Shown: positions 19,956 through 29,564 of the stretch, piece by piece
Layout of the letters: each line of letters begins with the position of its first letter
How positions within the stretch are numbered: the first letter of the stretch is position 1
Assembly (NCBI GenBank): GCA_034520945.1
Contig: JAXHNB010000001.1
Location: 320,001-384,000, forward strand
Direction of reading: 5' to 3'
Length of the DNA: 64,000 nt
DNA from: Trueperaceae bacterium
GTDB lineage: Bacteria > Deinococcota > Deinococci > Deinococcales > Trueperaceae
Notes under the pieces: generated by a model
The model's input: only the letters and a program-made list of their open reading frames with translations
Told to the model about the DNA's origin: nothing
Databases searched by the model: none
Program-made: the position numbers and the translations under genes

Positions 19956-21854
19956 GTGCTGACCTTCGCCGCGCCGGCGTTCCTGTGGGCGCTCCTGGCG
20001 CTCGGGGCCGTGGTGTTGTTGCACCGCGTCCGTGCGCGCCGCCCGCGCCGCGAGGTCGCCGGCCTGTTCCTGTGGCGGCGCGCCCGCGAGGCCGGTGCCC
20101 GCCGCCCCAGGTTCCGCACCGGCCTCCTGTTGGTCCTTCAGTTGTTGGCGGTCACCGCGTTGGCGTTGGCATTGGCCCGTCCCCTGTGGGGCACCACGGG
20201 CCCCGGCGCCGTGGTGGTGGTGTTGGACGGAAGCGCCAGCATGCGGGCGCGTGACGGGGCCGGTGCGCCCGCGGCGGCGGCGTTCCCGGACCTCGCGCCC
20301 GGCACCACGCGGGTGGAGGTGGCGCGCCGCGTCGCCGAGGCGGTGAGCGCCGAGGCCGGCCGGGTGGCGCTGGTGCGGGCGGGTCGCACCGCACGCGTGC
20401 TGCTGCCCCCCAGCGAGGACCCCGAGGCGATCGCCGCCGCGCTGGCCTCGTTTCGCGCGGGCGACGCGAACAGCGACGCCGAGCGCGCGCTGGTGCTCGC
20501 CCGCGACCTCGCCGCCAGGGGCGGGGCCGCCGGCGCGCCCGCCCCCATCCACTGGATCGGCGACGCGCCGCCCCCCGCGAGCGCCGGGGTGCGGGTCCAC
20601 GCCGTGGCGGGACGCGGCGAGAACGTCGGCATCACCGGCTTCGAACGCGTCGCGCAGCAGGCATGGGTGCGGCTCTCGTCGACGGCCGCTCGGCCGCTCG
20701 AGGTGCCCCTGCGCGTCCTGCGTGGCGACACGGAGGTCGCCCGCAGCACCGTGGTGGTGCCCGCGCGGGGCGACACCTCGCTCACCTTTCCCGTCGGCGG
20801 GGGCGGCGGCGCGATCGAGGCGCGCATCACGCCACCAGCCGGCGACGCGCTGGCCCTCGACGACGTCGCCTTCGCGGGGGCGCCCGAGGTCCGCGTCGCC
20901 CTCGAGCGCGACTTCGGCGCGCTGCTGCGCGCCCTGGACGCGATCGACGACGTTCGGACCACGATCGGGCCCGTCGCGCGGACGGGCACGTTCGACCTGC
21001 GCTTCTTGGTCGACGACACCCCGGCCGGGGACGGCGACGCGGCCGAATCGGGCGGCGACGACGGGGGCGCGTCGAGCCTTCCCGGCGGCGCCGTGGTGGT
21101 GTTCCCGCCGCGCGACGCCGACGCCGTCGCGGCCGAGGTCACCGATTGGGACGCCGCCGATCCCGCCCTGCGTTTCGTGGACCTGAGCGAGCTGGTGGTG
21201 GCGCTGGCCTGGCCGCCGCCGCTCGAGGAGACGTCCGAGGGGACGACGCTGGTGCACGGGGTGCCCCAGCTCGACCGCGCCCCCGGCGGGCGCGGCGAAG
21301 GGGCGGCGGAGGACCCAGGCGCGGCGCGCGAGGACGCCGAGGCGCCGCAGGCGGCGGTGTTGCTTCGGCGGATCGCACGCCCCGCCGGCCCGGTGTGGCG
21401 CTTCGCGTTCCACCCGGTCCGCGGCGACCTCACCCTGCGGCCCGCCTTCCCGACGCTGGTGGCGAACCTGGTCGACCAGGTTCGCGAAGGGGCCCGCGTG
21501 CCGTTGGGTGCGCGCCTGCCGGCGGGGGCGACGCGGGACGGCGATCCGGTCGAGGTGGCCGATCGTCCGGGGCTGTACCGGGTGGAGGGCCGCACGGTGC
21601 ACGCCAGCCTGCGCAGCGAGGAGGAGACGCGGCTGCCCGGACCCGACGCATTCAAGCCGGACGCGTCGGCCGGCGCCTCGCAGGACGCGTTGCAGGACGA
21701 AGGCGGAAGCGCCCCGCCGGCCGGCGAGGGGGCGGCCTCGAGGCCGCTGTGGTCGCTGTTGGCGGGTGCGGCCCTGCTGCTGCTCGTGGGCGAGTGGTGG
21801 GCCTTCTCGGGCATGGGCCCCGCGTGGCCGCCGTGGCGGCGCCGGAGCGGCTGA
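19956..21854 (+). CDS. BatA/vWA domain membrane protein
   Basis: N-terminal BatA double TM, MIDAS motif DGSASM and C-terminal TM LLLLVGEWW. Confidence 0.85.
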   Translation: MLTFAAPAFLWALLALGAVVLLHRVRARRPRREVAGLFLWRRAREAGARRPRFRTGLLLVLQLLAVTALALALARPLWGTTGPGAVVVVLDGSASMRARDGAGAPAAAAFPDLAPGTTRVEVARRVAEAVSAEAGRVALVRAGRTARVLLPPSEDPEAIAAALASFRAGDANSDAERALVLARDLAARGGAAGAPAPIHWIGDAPPPASAGVRVHAVAGRGENVGITGFERVAQQAWVRLSSTAARPLEVPLRVLRGDTEVARSTVVVPARGDTSLTFPVGGGGGAIEARITPPAGDALALDDVAFAGAPEVRVALERDFGALLRALDAIDDVRTTIGPVARTGTFDLRFLVDDTPAGDGDAAESGGDDGGASSLPGGAVVVFPPRDADAVAAEVTDWDAADPALRFVDLSELVVALAWPPPLEETSEGTTLVHGVPQLDRAPGGRGEGAAEDPGAAREDAEAPQAAVLLRRIARPAGPVWRFAFHPVRGDLTLRPAFPTLVANLVDQVREGARVPLGARLPAGATRDGDPVEVADRPGLYRVEGRTVHASLRSEEETRLPGPDAFKPDASAGASQDALQDEGGSAPPAGEGAASRPLWSLLAGAALLLLVGEWWAFSGMGPAWPPWRRRSG

Positions 21855-21885
21855 GACCTCGCGCCGGTTGATAGGCTGACCATGA

Positions 21886-22947
21886 ATGGTGCGGTCCGAT
21901 CCCAGTCTGCCGGTCCTGGTCCTGCTGTTGCTCGGCGGGGGCCTCCTGACGTTGTCCAGCGCCGCGCCGGGCGGCGAGTTCATGCGTCAGCTGACCTTCC
22001 TGGGCGTGTCGGCAATGATCGTGGCGGTGGTGCTCTGGGTCGGCAAGCGCCGCATCCTGCGGCTGGTGCCGCACCTGTACGTCCTGTCGCTGACGCTGCT
22101 GGTCGCGGTTCAGGCGTTCGGGACCCGCGTCAACGGCGCCAAGTCGTGGCTGTACGTCGGGCCGTTGCCCGGGTTCCAGCCCTCCGAGCTGGCCAAGATC
22201 GCGCTGATCCTGGCGCTGGCGATGGCGTTGCACGACCGGCCCATCCGCGGCCTGCGCGGGTACCTGGCGCCGTTGGCGTTGATGTTGCCGCCGTTCGCGC
22301 TGGTGCTCATCGAGCCGGACCTAGGCGGCGCGCTGGTGATCGCCGCGATCGGTGCGGCCATGCTGCTGATGCGCGGCCTGCCGTGGCGGCACCTGGCGGC
22401 GTTCGCGCTGGTGTTCGCGGTGGCGGTGCCGACGGTGGTATGGCCCAACCTGGCCCCGCACCAGCGGGAGCGCATGGTGTCGTTCATGCACCCTGGGGAG
22501 GATCCGTTGGGGTCGGGCTACCAGGTGATCCAGTCGACCATCGCGATCGGTTCGGGCGGGCTGACCGGCAAGGGGTGGGGGCAGGGTACGCAGTCGCAGC
22601 TGGGCTTCATCCCCTACCGTCAGACCGACTTCATCTTCTCGGTCCTGGCCGAGGAGGGCGGCTTCGTGGCGGCGGCGACGCTGCTGGTGTTGTACGGCCT
22701 GTTGTTCTGGCGGCTGGTCTCGATGGCGGGCGAGTGCCCCTTCGAGCGCGATCAGTTCGTGATCCTGGGGGTGCTGACCCTGATCGGCGTTCAGGTGCTG
22801 ATCAACGTCGGGGTGGCGCTCGGCATGGCGCCCGTCACCGGGCTCACCCTGCCGCTGGTGTCGTACGGGGGCAGCAGCCTGGTGACGACGCTGACGGCGT
22901 TGGCGTTGGCGTTCGTGGTGCACCGGGACCGGTACGCCCACGCGTGA
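21886..22947 (+). CDS. rodA: Rod shape-determining protein RodA (SEDS family)
   Basis: GAKSW, FQPSELAK, EPDLG, GYQVIQS..AIGSGG, TDFIFS and TGLTLPLVSYGGSS. Confidence 0.9.
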   Translation: MVRSDPSLPVLVLLLLGGGLLTLSSAAPGGEFMRQLTFLGVSAMIVAVVLWVGKRRILRLVPHLYVLSLTLLVAVQAFGTRVNGAKSWLYVGPLPGFQPSELAKIALILALAMALHDRPIRGLRGYLAPLALMLPPFALVLIEPDLGGALVIAAIGAAMLLMRGLPWRHLAAFALVFAVAVPTVVWPNLAPHQRERMVSFMHPGEDPLGSGYQVIQSTIAIGSGGLTGKGWGQGTQSQLGFIPYRQTDFIFSVLAEEGGFVAAATLLVLYGLLFWRLVSMAGECPFERDQFVILGVLTLIGVQVLINVGVALGMAPVTGLTLPLVSYGGSSLVTTLTALALAFVVHRDRYAHA

Positions 22948-22985
22948 GGGGCCGGCGCCGGGCCGGTCGCGGGTAGGATGGTGGC

Positions 22986-23510
22986 ATGAGGACGAGGGGC
23001 ATCCTGCTCACCGTCGCGGTCGCGCTGGGCGTGGCGTTCGCGGCCGCCAACTGGGGCACGCTGACCGCCAATCTGCCCGTGAACCTGCTGGTTCTGCGGC
23101 TCGAGGTGCCCGTCGGCCTGATCCTGCTGATCGCGACGCTGGTGCTCACGGCGGTGTTCTTCTTGGGCGCGTTGTTCGACCGCGCCGCGCAGCTGCGGGA
23201 GTTGGGTCGCTTGGAGCGGCGGGTGGACAAGCTCCGCGCTCAGCTGGATCAGCGTCGCCTGGAGGAGATCCGCGAGGTGCACGACGCCGTGCAGGCCTGG
23301 GGCGCGTCGCTGGAGAAGCGCGTGGACGAGCGTGTGGGCGAGGCGGAGGCGTCGCTGAGGAGCGCCATCGCGGACGCGGAGATGCGCCAGAAGAAGCGGG
23401 CGTCGTCGCTGGAGGAGCGCGTCCTGACCGTCCGCAACGAGATCGCTGCGGACGTCGGCGAGGCCGAGGATCAGCTGCGCCGCATGCTGGACCGGTCGCT
23501 CGAGGAGTGA
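22986..23510 (+). CDS. LapA-like membrane protein with a C-terminal coiled coil
   Basis: Two TM segments (FAAANW...VPVGLILL) followed by heptad-rich helices. Confidence 0.7.
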   Translation: MRTRGILLTVAVALGVAFAAANWGTLTANLPVNLLVLRLEVPVGLILLIATLVLTAVFFLGALFDRAAQLRELGRLERRVDKLRAQLDQRRLEEIREVHDAVQAWGASLEKRVDERVGEAEASLRSAIADAEMRQKKRASSLEERVLTVRNEIAADVGEAEDQLRRMLDRSLEE

Positions 23511-23603
23511 CGCGCGCCGGACCCGGGCCCGCGTCACGGCCCCGAGGGGCGTCGCGCAAGACCGGCGACGGTGCCGGTGCGCGCGGTCTGCTAGGTTGCG
23601 GCC

Positions 23604-23960
23604 ATGAGTGATGACGCCGATTCCGCCACGCAGCCGCTGGATACCGAGGCTCTCAGGGAACAGGTGCTCGAGGCGTTGAAGGTCGTCCGCGACCCGGAGA
23701 TCCCCGTCAACGTCGTCGATCTGGGCCTGATCTACAACGTCGACGTGTCCGAGGACGGCAAGGTCGACATCGACATGACGTTGACCAGCATGGGCTGTCC
23801 GGTGCAGGACATGATCCAGGCCGACGCCGAGTTGGCGGCGATGAAGGTCGAAGGCGTCCGCCGCGTCGATGTCGAGTTCGTGTGGTCCCCGCCGTGGAGC
23901 ATGGACAAGATGACCGACGACGGCAAGAAGCACATGCGGATGTTCGGCTTCAACATCTGA
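23604..23960 (+). CDS. Metal-sulfur cluster assembly factor (DUF59/SufT-like)
   Basis: DPEIPVNVVDLGLIY, MTLTSMGCP and WSPPW. Confidence 0.92.
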   Translation: MSDDADSATQPLDTEALREQVLEALKVVRDPEIPVNVVDLGLIYNVDVSEDGKVDIDMTLTSMGCPVQDMIQADAELAAMKVEGVRRVDVEFVWSPPWSMDKMTDDGKKHMRMFGFNI

Positions 23961-24032
23961 TAGGGACGCGCGCCGCGCGCCGATGAGGCGTTTTCGGCGT
24001 CCGGCCGTGCCGCTGCGCGGTAGCGTGTCGGC

Positions 24033-24707
24033 GTGTTCTTCAAGCGGCGTTCGAAGGAGGACCCTCGCGACGCGGCGTGGGCGGCGTTGGCCCAGCGGCT
24101 GGAGATGACGCGATTGCCGGAGCGGGCGGAGGAGGAGCTTCGCGCCGAGCTGGCGGTGGACACCGGCCGCGTGGCGGCGCTTCACGCGCTGCGGCGGCCT
24201 GGACAACCGGAGTTGCTGATGTTCGAGCACGCCCGCGGCCGACGGCGCTTCCGGGGCGAGGAACGCCGGGCGCGGGTCCTGCTTCGTGACGAAGAGGCGG
24301 TCTCGGGGGTGGCGTGGCGGGCGTTTCCACGCTCCCACCCGTTGATCACCTCGTTGCAGACCAGCCGTAGCGGCGGCACCCTGATCGAGACCGGGGACGA
24401 AGACTTCGACGCGCAGGTGGGCGTGCTGACCCGCGAGCCGGAGGCCTGCCGCGCGCAGGTGACCCGGCCCGTCCGCGTCGCCCTGCGACGCCTGCTGGTC
24501 GGCGACGAGCCGGCGGGCGACGCCGCGGACGCAGCCTCGCCTTCGGGCGGCGCCCCGCCCGCCGGCAACGACGCCAGCGTCACCTGCGGGGGGCGCCACC
24601 TCGCCTGGCGGGCGCGGCGGGAGCTGGACCCTCCCTTCGACGAGTTGGAGTGGGTCGCGGTGCGGATGCTGGGCCTGTGGGCGGCGCTGGTGCCCGACCG
24701 CGCCTGA
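24033..24707 (+). CDS. Hypothetical protein
   Basis: Codon usage like neighbouring genes; TAGCGT 6 nt before the GTG. Confidence 0.65.
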   Translation: MFFKRRSKEDPRDAAWAALAQRLEMTRLPERAEEELRAELAVDTGRVAALHALRRPGQPELLMFEHARGRRRFRGEERRARVLLRDEEAVSGVAWRAFPRSHPLITSLQTSRSGGTLIETGDEDFDAQVGVLTREPEACRAQVTRPVRVALRRLLVGDEPAGDAADAASPSGGAPPAGNDASVTCGGRHLAWRARRELDPPFDELEWVAVRMLGLWAALVPDRA

Positions 24708-24726
24708 TCCTGCCGCGCCCTCGGCG

Positions 24727-25185
24727 TCAGCCACGGTGGTAGGGGTGTCCAGCGCGAATCGTCTCGATCCGGTACAGCTGTTCGAGGAGCACCAGGCGGG
24801 CCAGTTCGTGCGGCAGCGTCAGTTCGGACAGCCGCCACACCTCGTCGGCGCGCCGCCGCACCTCCGGGTCCAGGCCGTCTGCGCCGCCGATCAGGATCGT
24901 CAGGCGCGACGTTCCGCGCAGTTCCAGTTCGGCCACGTGCCGCGCCAGCGCTTCGGTGCGCCACGCCCGTCCCCGCTCGTCCAGGGCCACGAGGCGTCCG
25001 TCGGCCCGCCGGAGGAGGCCGTCGCCTTCGCGGGCGCGCCCCGTGGCCGCGTCCGGGCCCCGGTCGGCGCGGGTCTCGATCACCTCGACCGGGGCGAGGG
25101 GGGTCAGGCGCTCCTGGTAGTGCCGGCAGCCGCTGCGGGCGTACCCGCGGCGGAGCGCGCCGACCGCGACGATGCGGTAGCGCAT
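24727..25185 (-). CDS. rlmH: 23S rRNA m3Psi1915 methyltransferase RlmH
   Basis: LDERG, IGGADGL, LTLPHELARLVLLEQLYR and HPYHR. Confidence 0.95.
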   Translation of the reverse strand: MRYRIVAVGALRRGYARSGCRHYQERLTPLAPVEVIETRADRGPDAATGRAREGDGLLRRADGRLVALDERGRAWRTEALARHVAELELRGTSRLTILIGGADGLDPEVRRRADEVWRLSELTLPHELARLVLLEQLYRIETIRAGHPYHRG

Positions 25186-25244
25186 TCAGGGCGCCGCGCG
25201 GCGCAGCGGCCGGGTCGCGGCCGGGCGGGCGCGCCGCGCCTTCG

Positions 25245-26102
25245 TCACGCCTCGTCGTCCAGCCCGAGCTTGCCGAGCAGCTCGCGCCGGCGGCTCTTGC
25301 GCAGGCCGGAGGCGTCCAACGCCTCGCGGAGTCGGGAGGCGTCCAGGGCTTCGCGCAGCAGCGCAAGTTCGCTTCCGGACAACCGCCGGGCGTGCAGCAC
25401 GTGCTCGTCGAAGGCGGTCATGGCCACCGGCGCCACCGCCCGGGCGCAGCGCGCCAGCGCCTCGCCGTAGGCGCGAATCTCGTGCTGGGCGTGATCGTCC
25501 ATGCGCAGGCGCAGGAAGTGCATCAGGTTGTGCAGGTCGATCTGCCAGTACATCTCGGTGTACAGCGACAGCGGCAGCCGCACGCGCGCCAACTCGCGGG
25601 CGACGCCGTCGTGCAGCATCGCCTCGTAGTCGGCGTAGGCGTGCTCGGCCCCCTCGCGCAGCCGGGCCAGGGTGCGCGCCTGCACGTCGTGCGGCAGGGC
25701 GTCGTCGGCGCGGCCCTGCTTGTCGTGCCGGGACTGCGAACGGACCTGTTCCGGGTCGGGCAGGTAGAACTCCTCGGGCAGGACCGAGTAGCGGCCGCTG
25801 ACCTCGTTGGCGCGGGCGGTGCGGTGCCGCATCCACTGGCGCGCCACGAAGATCGGCATTTTGAGGTGGAAGGTGAGCACGACCTGCTCGAAGGGGCTGG
25901 TGTGTTGGTGACGGAGCAGGTAGTCGATCAGCGCGGCGTCCTCGCGGACCGTTCGGGTGCCCTCGCCGTAGCTGACCCGCGCGGACTGCACGATGCGGGC
26001 GTCGCCGCCCAGGTAGTCGACCAGGCGCACGAAGCCGTGATCGAGCACGTTCAGGCGGGTGCCGAGGAGGGCGTCGGCTTCGGGAACGGAAGGGCGGTCC
26101 AT
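25245..26102 (-). CDS. thyX: FAD-dependent thymidylate synthase
   Basis: HTSPFE and PIFVARQWMRHR...NEVSGRY (RHRx7S motif). Confidence 0.96.
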   Translation of the reverse strand: MDRPSVPEADALLGTRLNVLDHGFVRLVDYLGGDARIVQSARVSYGEGTRTVREDAALIDYLLRHQHTSPFEQVVLTFHLKMPIFVARQWMRHRTARANEVSGRYSVLPEEFYLPDPEQVRSQSRHDKQGRADDALPHDVQARTLARLREGAEHAYADYEAMLHDGVARELARVRLPLSLYTEMYWQIDLHNLMHFLRLRMDDHAQHEIRAYGEALARCARAVAPVAMTAFDEHVLHARRLSGSELALLREALDASRLREALDASGLRKSRRRELLGKLGLDDEA

Positions 26103-26280
26103 GACCCGGCCATGGTAGCCCGGTCCCGCCCGAGGGCGGGCGTGCCGCCTGGCGGCCCGGGCGATCCGCGTCGCGTCCGCCGACGCGCCCGGTGAAAACT
26201 CTGTGAGTGAGGCCCTTCACAAGTGCCCTCTGAATCGTGTGGGACGATGCGAAGTAGTTCTCATCCGTGCTTCACCTGAA

Positions 26281-26309
26281 TTGACATGACCCCCCCGCTG
26301 TGGAATACT
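26281..26309 (+). promoter_or_regulatory. Putative strong promoter of the S-layer gene
   Basis: Perfect TTGACA (26281), 17-nt spacer, TG-extended AATACT; about 200 nt of 5' leader. Confidence 0.55.
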
Positions 26310-26515
26310 CATCCTGGATTTGTCTGCCCGCAGGGCTGCATCGAAAGGGGGTGCAACCACTTGAACCGGTTCTGCGGAAGGGCGCTCGAATCCCGATGGG
26401 GGGCGACGCGACGTCGTGCACCGTGCCGGCGAGGAAACTCGGACACTCCCGGCCCCGCCTCCAAACGCGAGACACCCCATCGTTCGACATCAATTCAGTT
26501 CAAGGGGACCCACAC

Positions 26516-29422
26516 ATGAAGAAGTTGCTCATCACCATTCTGGCCGCCGTGTTGGCCAGCGGTGCCTTCGCTCAGCAGAGCTTCCCGGACGTTCCGGAAG
26601 GCCACTGGGCGGCGAACGCCGTTGCCGACATTGCGGACCTGAACATCGTCATCGGCTTCCCCGACGGAACCTTCCGTGGGAACGAAGCCTTCACCCGCTA
26701 TCAGGCCGCCCTCGTGATCAGCCGTCTGTTGGGCGTGATCAACGACAACATCGACGCCGCGCAGGCCATGACGCAGGAGGACCTCGAGTCCCTCCGCAAC
26801 GCGGTCCAGGAACTGTCCTCGGACCTCGCGGCGCAGGACGTGCGCCTGTCCTCGGCCGAAAGCGCCATTGCCGGCCTTTCCGACGATGTGGGCGCCAACC
26901 AGGCCCGCATCGACGAGCTCGCCTCGCTCATCGAGGACCTTCAGGCCCGCGAGCCTCAGGTCGACCCCGAGGTCCTGAACGACCTCCAGAACCAGCTCGC
27001 CTCCTTGCGCGTCGCCGTCGATACGGCACAGGCCACGGCCGACCAGGCCCTGGAACGCGCCGACGCGGCGTCCGGTCGCGCCGATGAGGCCGCCGCCGCT
27101 GCCGCCGATGCGCACACGCGCGCCAACGAGGCGTACGGTCGTGCCGGTCGGGCGCTCCGCAGCGCCGACAACGCGCAGGAGACGGCCGACGAGGCCCTCA
27201 GCCGCGCCAACGCCGCCGGCAGCGCGGCCGGCGACAACGCCTCCGAGATCGCCGCGCTGAACGATCTGGTTCAGCGGCTCCGCGATCAGATCGCCGCCCT
27301 CGAAGGCATGGACGTCGGCCCGGATCAAAGCCTCCTGGACCGCGTGGCCGCCAACGAGAGCGACATCGCCAACATCCGCGAGTTCGTGATCCTGCTTCGC
27401 CGCGACCAGGTCGCCCTGCGCGACCGCGTCTCCGCCCTCGAGGCCAGCGACGAGCAGCAGAGCGCCGACATCGCCGACCTGCAGGAGCGCGTCACCGCGC
27501 TGGAAGACAACCCGCTGCAGATCTCCGGCACGATCGAGCTCGACTACTTCGTCGGCCGCCCCGGTGGTGACGGTCAAGAGTTCGACATCGACCGCGCCTT
27601 CGGCGTCGGCTTCGAGCGCAGCATGGGCCAGTCCACCTTCAGCTCCGGCACCGACGAAGAGGCGAACACCGCCGGTGACGACGACGAGGTCGACGAGCCC
27701 AACGAGTACGCCGAGGATCGTGCCGACATCTCGTACGGCAGCGACTTCGACGCCAGCCTGACCATCAACCTGGGCGCCGGCAGCGTGTTCGACGGCGAAG
27801 GCAGCCCGCGCGGCCTGAACAGCTTCGAAGCCGTGGTCGAGTTGTCCGTCGACGAAACCGACATCCCGATTTTCGAGGATGACGACGGCAACCTTACCGT
27901 GTCGGGCTACACGTTCCGGGTGGACAGCTTCACCAGCACCTTCGACCCCATCGGCGCCGAGCCGATCACCTTCGCCTTCGGCGACGAGGTCACCGGCTTC
28001 ACCACGCCCTACACCCTCAACCGCGAGGACGTGGGCTTCACGGCCTCCGTCGGCGCGCCCGACTTCCTGGCGTTCCTCGATCCCAGTGTGCACGTCGCCT
28101 ACCTGACGAACGACTACGACGATGGCGCCCCCGGGTTCGTCGCGACGGGCGGTCGCTTGAGCGTGTCGCCGCTGGATGGCGTGACGCTGGGCGGCACCTA
28201 CGTGCGCAACGCCGACAACACCGCGGATTACGCGGACGAGCTCGGCGACAACCTGAACGACACCATCTTCGGTGTCGACGGGCAGGTCGCGCTCGGCCCC
28301 GTGTCGATCGCAGCCGAGTACGCCAACGCCGATGCCAACAACGGCGGCTACCAGGACGAGGTCCTGTTCGCCACCGCGGACGCCAGCTTCGACATCCTCG
28401 GCGGCGTGGAGTTCGGCGCCAACTACCGCGACATCGCGATGGGTTGGGAGCAGAACGTCGGCACGGGCGTGGATGCGCCGGGCGAGCCGCAGCTCACCGA
28501 CGCGGACGACTACCCGTTCGCGGAAGACCAGGTGGGCTTCGGCGTGAATGCTGGCCTCGGCCTGTTCATCTTCGACGTCAACGCGTTCTTCGACACCTAC
28601 GAAGTGAATGCGGGCGACGAAGTGACCGCCTTCGGGGCGGATGCCAGCGCTGAGCTGTTCCGCGGCTTCAGCCTGACCGGCTTCTACGAGCAGGTGAGCG
28701 TGAACGGCACTGCGGCGGACGACAACCACGACCAGTTCACGTTGGACCGCGACACCGAGTACGACACCGGCTTCGGTGTCGGCCTGGTGCACGACGGCGC
28801 CGCGGACAACGCGCTGATCTCGAACCTGAACCTCGAGTTCGCCTACGAGCGTTTCGAGGAGGACTTCAGTGAGACCCGCATCTTCGCCGCCGCCGACTAC
28901 GAACTGAGCGTCTCCATCGTGTCGCTGACCCCGTACGTGTCGTTCGAGTCCGAACAGGATGACGACGCCAACACGGATGACACCCAGGAGATCAAGGTCG
29001 GCACCGGCCTCTCCACCGAACCGCTCGACGTGTACCTGCGTCCCAGCCTCGATGCCGCGGTGAACTACCGCACCAACGAGCACACGGACATGGCGGTCTA
29101 CACCGCCGAGCAGCTGCAGTGGTCGGTCGGCCTCAACCTGAACGAGTTCCTGCTGCCGTACAGCAGCCTTAGCGCCCGCTACGGCTCCTACAGCGGCACG
29201 AACATCGACGACTCCCTGCTGGGCACCGACGCCGCCACGGACATCTCCGAAGGCGACGAGAACAACGGCCTGACCAGCACCGTCAGCGGCTTCGAGGTCG
29301 AGTGGGACTATTACGACCTCGTGTTCAGCTACGGCATCTTCGATCACGATCCGGACACCTCGGTCGGCAACGACGCGTCGACGGCCCAAGCGTTCGGCGT
29401 CAGCTACACGGTCGCGTTCTGA
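26516..29422 (+). CDS. slpA: S-layer/outer-membrane porin, SlpA-like (SLH + coiled coil + beta-barrel)
   Basis: Signal peptide MKKLL...AFA, SLH domain FPDVPEGHWA...GFPDGTFRG...TRYQAA, a long coiled coil, a beta-strand-rich domain and C-terminal Phe (YTVAF). Confidence 0.85.
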   Translation: MKKLLITILAAVLASGAFAQQSFPDVPEGHWAANAVADIADLNIVIGFPDGTFRGNEAFTRYQAALVISRLLGVINDNIDAAQAMTQEDLESLRNAVQELSSDLAAQDVRLSSAESAIAGLSDDVGANQARIDELASLIEDLQAREPQVDPEVLNDLQNQLASLRVAVDTAQATADQALERADAASGRADEAAAAAADAHTRANEAYGRAGRALRSADNAQETADEALSRANAAGSAAGDNASEIAALNDLVQRLRDQIAALEGMDVGPDQSLLDRVAANESDIANIREFVILLRRDQVALRDRVSALEASDEQQSADIADLQERVTALEDNPLQISGTIELDYFVGRPGGDGQEFDIDRAFGVGFERSMGQSTFSSGTDEEANTAGDDDEVDEPNEYAEDRADISYGSDFDASLTINLGAGSVFDGEGSPRGLNSFEAVVELSVDETDIPIFEDDDGNLTVSGYTFRVDSFTSTFDPIGAEPITFAFGDEVTGFTTPYTLNREDVGFTASVGAPDFLAFLDPSVHVAYLTNDYDDGAPGFVATGGRLSVSPLDGVTLGGTYVRNADNTADYADELGDNLNDTIFGVDGQVALGPVSIAAEYANADANNGGYQDEVLFATADASFDILGGVEFGANYRDIAMGWEQNVGTGVDAPGEPQLTDADDYPFAEDQVGFGVNAGLGLFIFDVNAFFDTYEVNAGDEVTAFGADASAELFRGFSLTGFYEQVSVNGTAADDNHDQFTLDRDTEYDTGFGVGLVHDGAADNALISNLNLEFAYERFEEDFSETRIFAAADYELSVSIVSLTPYVSFESEQDDDANTDDTQEIKVGTGLSTEPLDVYLRPSLDAAVNYRTNEHTDMAVYTAEQLQWSVGLNLNEFLLPYSSLSARYGSYSGTNIDDSLLGTDAATDISEGDENNGLTSTVSGFEVEWDYYDLVFSYGIFDHDPDTSVGNDASTAQAFGVSYTVAF

Positions 29423-29462
29423 CCCCTAGCTGACCAACGGCGCGCACCACGCGCCGAAGCGA

Positions 29463-29492
29463 GGAGGGCCCCGCCAGCGAGCGGGGCCCTCC
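29463..29492. terminator. Hairpin terminator after slpA (convergent genes)
   Basis: GGAGGGCCCCGC-CAGCGA-GCGGGGCCCTCC, 12-bp stem. Confidence 0.7.
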
Positions 29493-29564
29493 TTCATGGG
29501 TGCACCCGGCCGGACGGGGCGTGTCCAGGGGAAGGCGCGGGGGCAGGCGGCGCGCGGCGTGACG

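Noticed and set aside
19956..21854. BatA/vWA gene without adjacent MoxR ATPase or DUF58 partners
   Set aside because: The partners may be encoded elsewhere; no further signal here.
26495..29389. 964-aa antisense ORF opposite slpA (also 35380-37602 opposite uvrD and 54423-57161 opposite uvrA)
   Set aside because: These mirror well-supported genes. Long stop-free antisense frames are expected with strong GC3 codon bias, and their translations show no recognisable motifs.
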